Positions 61,687 through 64,000 of a stretch of 64,000 nt of DNA are shown here, piece by piece; the first letter of the stretch is position 1, and each line of letters begins with the position of its first letter. The translations under genes and the position numbers were made by a program. This DNA is from an uncultured Planctomycetota bacterium (lineage in GTDB: Bacteria; Planctomycetota; Planctomycetia; Isosphaerales; Isosphaeraceae), in NCBI GenBank assembly GCA_963823665.1, contig CAWGMQ010000004.1:1-64000 (forward strand). The letters are read 5' to 3'. The notes beneath the pieces were generated by a model. It saw only the letters and a program-made list of their open reading frames with translations. It was not told where the DNA came from and ran no database searches.

Positions 61687-63080
61687 ATGGCGATGACACT
61701 CGCGGATTACGACCAGCTCGCCTCGGGCACGACGCCCACGCCGAAGCTGCTCGCGCAGGTGACATGCCCGCATTGCTGGGAGTACTTCGCGCCCGAGGAC
61801 GTGCTCGTGGATCTCCGAGCACGTCGACCTGCTCGGCGATCCGCTCCTGGGCCCCGAGCGCCAGTCGCGGTTTCTGCCCAGCCGGTACACGATAGAAGGC
61901 GATGCGATCGACGCCAAGGGGATGACCTCGCGCAGCCTGGCTTGCCCGAAATGTCATCTCCCCATCCCCCGGGCCATGCTCGAGATGGAGTCGCTGTTCA
62001 TCTCGATTCTGGGAGCCCCCGCCAGCGGCAAGTCTTACTTTCTCACCGCGATGACCTGGCAGTTGCGCCAGATCTTGCCGCTCAATTTCAAGATCGCCTT
62101 CACCGACGCCGATCCGGAATCGAATCGCGCTCTTGAACGAATGCGAGGAAGGCGTTGTTCTTGAACCCAAACGAATCCGAAGTCGTGCCGCTGGCCGGCT
62201 TGATTCGCAAGACCGAGCTCCAGGGCGAGCTTTACGATACCGTCGCCTACGGCCAGCAGACGGTGACATATCCACGTCCTTTCTTGTTCACAACACAACC
62301 GCAGGACGGGCATTTCGGCGGCGACCCCACGCGGCTGGCGCGGATGCTCTGCCTCTACGACAACGCGGGCGAGCACTTCCAGCCCGGTCAAGACACCGCG
62401 ACTGCCCCGGTCACGCGGCACCTGGCGCGGTCGCGGGCGATTCTTTTCTTGTTCGACCCCACGCAAGATCCGCGGTTTCGCACCGTCTGCCGTAGCAGCG
62501 ATCCCGCCGGCGCAGCGCAGCGAGCAGCGCGGTTGAGCCGTCAAGAGACGATCCTCAACGAGGCGGCGGCAAGGATCCGGCGGCACGCGGGATTGTCGCA
62601 CGGCGCAAAGTACGACAAACCGCTGGTGCGTGGTCGTGACCAAGTTCGACGAGTGGTCTGCACCTGCTGGGCACGGGTGACGAAGGCGATCCGTGGAAAA
62701 CGCGAGGAAACGTCACCGGCCTCGACGGCGAGCGGATCGAGCAGGTATCCGCGCACACGCGAAATCCTTTTCAAGTACTGCGGCAGAGACCGTGACGGCT
62801 GCCGAGTCGTTCGCCAAGGAAGTTACGTACATCCCGGTCAGCTCGCTCGGCGGTCACGTCGAGCTCGATCTGCAATCCGGATTGCCTGGAATCCGGCCGA
62901 AGACGATCCGGCCGCACTGGGTGGTCGTTCCCATTCTCTACTGCGATCTCGCGAGTCTTGCCGGCGCTCGTTCCCCGGATGATTCGCCGCTCGAAGCGCG
63001 AGTGGAACGACGTCGTAGCCGGGTCGGATCGAGCGAGCAGGTTGCCTTCGCACGAGGTGCGTATCACGGGAGGCCGATCG
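61687..63080 (+). CDS. TRAFAC-clade GTPase with N-terminal Cys motifs (GAP1-type conflict system); several frameshifts
   Basis: CPHC and CPKC, Walker A GAPASGKS, G3 LYDNAGEHF, FLFDP, G4 TKFD across frames. End approximate. Confidence 0.8.
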
Positions 63081-64000
63081 ATGAGCCAGGAATTGCATTA
63101 CACGTCGGTCCCACGCGGCCTGAAGCCGGGCAGCCGCGGGTTCTGCACGGTTGCGGCCACACCGGGCTTGCCGGGCCCGCTGCTCGAGCGGCTCGAGAGT
63201 CTCAGTGCCTACCAGCCGGTCTATCCCGGTTCACGACCCTGCGGCGGCCAAGAACCCCGTGAACTTCATGCACGTCAAGCGGCGATCGGCGGGAAATCGC
63301 TCAGCGTGCTCTCGCGAGTCGGCCCGGCGGGGCTCGACTATTCAGGACGAACGAATAAATACGGCCATCACATCGTGGTCGAGCCCAATGAGCGGCCGCC
63401 CGGTGGGCCGGCCTGGCTCTTGAGCCAGCCCGGCTTCATGCAAGAAGTCTGGCACGGAGAGCCGCGCGTGCTGGCAGAAGGAACCCGCCCGCCGCCGGGA
63501 GACCGCCCGCCGGCGGTCGCCCGCGCCTGGCAGGCCGCCACCGGCGATGCCGGCTGGGCCGGCGTGCTCGCCGAGGCTTTTCTCGCCGATCCCAGGCGCA
63601 CCGCGGTCCTCGTGTTCCGCCCGGGCATGGAGCTGCTGCCGCTCTTCGTCGAGGCGATCGCGCTCTTGCCGCCGCCCAGGCGCTGGGACGTGGAGTTCAG
63701 CACGTTCTTCGCGACGCTTCCGCCGGGAGTCACCTGCTCGTGGCGCGGTGTGATCGACGGCTCGTCCGAGGCCGAGGCCGCGCTGAGGCTGCCGGGTGCG
63801 CTCGTGATCAACCTGTGCCGGCCCGGTGGCAAAGCCGAGGGACGCATGCTCGTGCACTGCGCGCACCGGCGAGCGCTCGGAGGCCGCCGGCGCGCCGACG
63901 AGGCAGCGAGCGATGATCCGGCCGGCCGCCGCCCACGGTCATCAACCACGTCGGGCGCGGCACCGCCAGCCCTTGCCTCCGTTGCCGCAAGCTACGAAAC
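63081..64000 (+). CDS. GAP1-N2/GAP1-M domain protein (GTPase-associated protein 1), running off the window
   Basis: MSQELHYTSVPRGLKPGSRGFCTVA..LERLESLSAY, LSRVGPAGLDYSGRTNKYGHH, TGDAGWAGVLAE, EAIALLP...RWDVEFSTF. Absent from the ORF track because there is no stop before the window end. Confidence 0.8.
   Translation, partial: MSQELHYTSVPRGLKPGSRGFCTVAATPGLPGPLLERLESLSAYQPVYPGSRPCGGQEPRELHARQAAIGGKSLSVLSRVGPAGLDYSGRTNKYGHHIVVEPNERPPGGPAWLLSQPGFMQEVWHGEPRVLAEGTRPPPGDRPPAVARAWQAATGDAGWAGVLAEAFLADPRRTAVLVFRPGMELLPLFVEAIALLPPPRRWDVEFSTFFATLPPGVTCSWRGVIDGSSEAEAALRLPGALVINLCRPGGKAEGRMLVHCAHRRALGGRRRADEAASDDPAGRRPRSSTTSGAAPPALASVAASYE

Overview
The window looks like two genomes joined near 8.1 kb. 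Bases 1-8116 are alphaproteobacterial (Rhizobiales-like): glsA, a gstI/DUF2735-like gene, glnII with a sigma-54 promoter, ilvD, small genes next to tRNA-Glu(CTC), and a 5'-truncated eipA/DUF1134. From about 8.5 kb the content is planctomycete-like (Isosphaeraceae/Singulisphaera style). It includes two ECF sigma-Ser/Thr kinase(WD40/TPR) pairs, an orphan kinase, an ECF-WD40 fusion, LEPR-XLL secreted proteins including a large Gly-rich adhesin next to a TPR-sulfotransferase, ASPIC/UnbV, PEP-CTERM, Uma2, TAXI, a pemIK toxin-antitoxin pair with a degenerate duplicate, and a ~30-TPR protein. Many conserved genes carry single-base frameshifts, most likely long-read consensus errors, so pseudogene calls are unsafe. 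The most interesting items are: (i) a three-gene operon of a DUF350-like membrane protein, a glutathionylspermidine-synthase-like ATP-grasp ligase and an unknown protein ending RGGYGG...SSGG, a candidate peptide-tagging system; (ii) a TRAFAC GTPase plus GAP1 conflict-system locus at the right edge, beside an LRR gene; (iii) a stand-alone Ser/Thr kinase-BRCT fusion in a small island; (iv) a REP-like element travelling with pemIK. All family assignments come from motif recognition by eye; no database searches were run.
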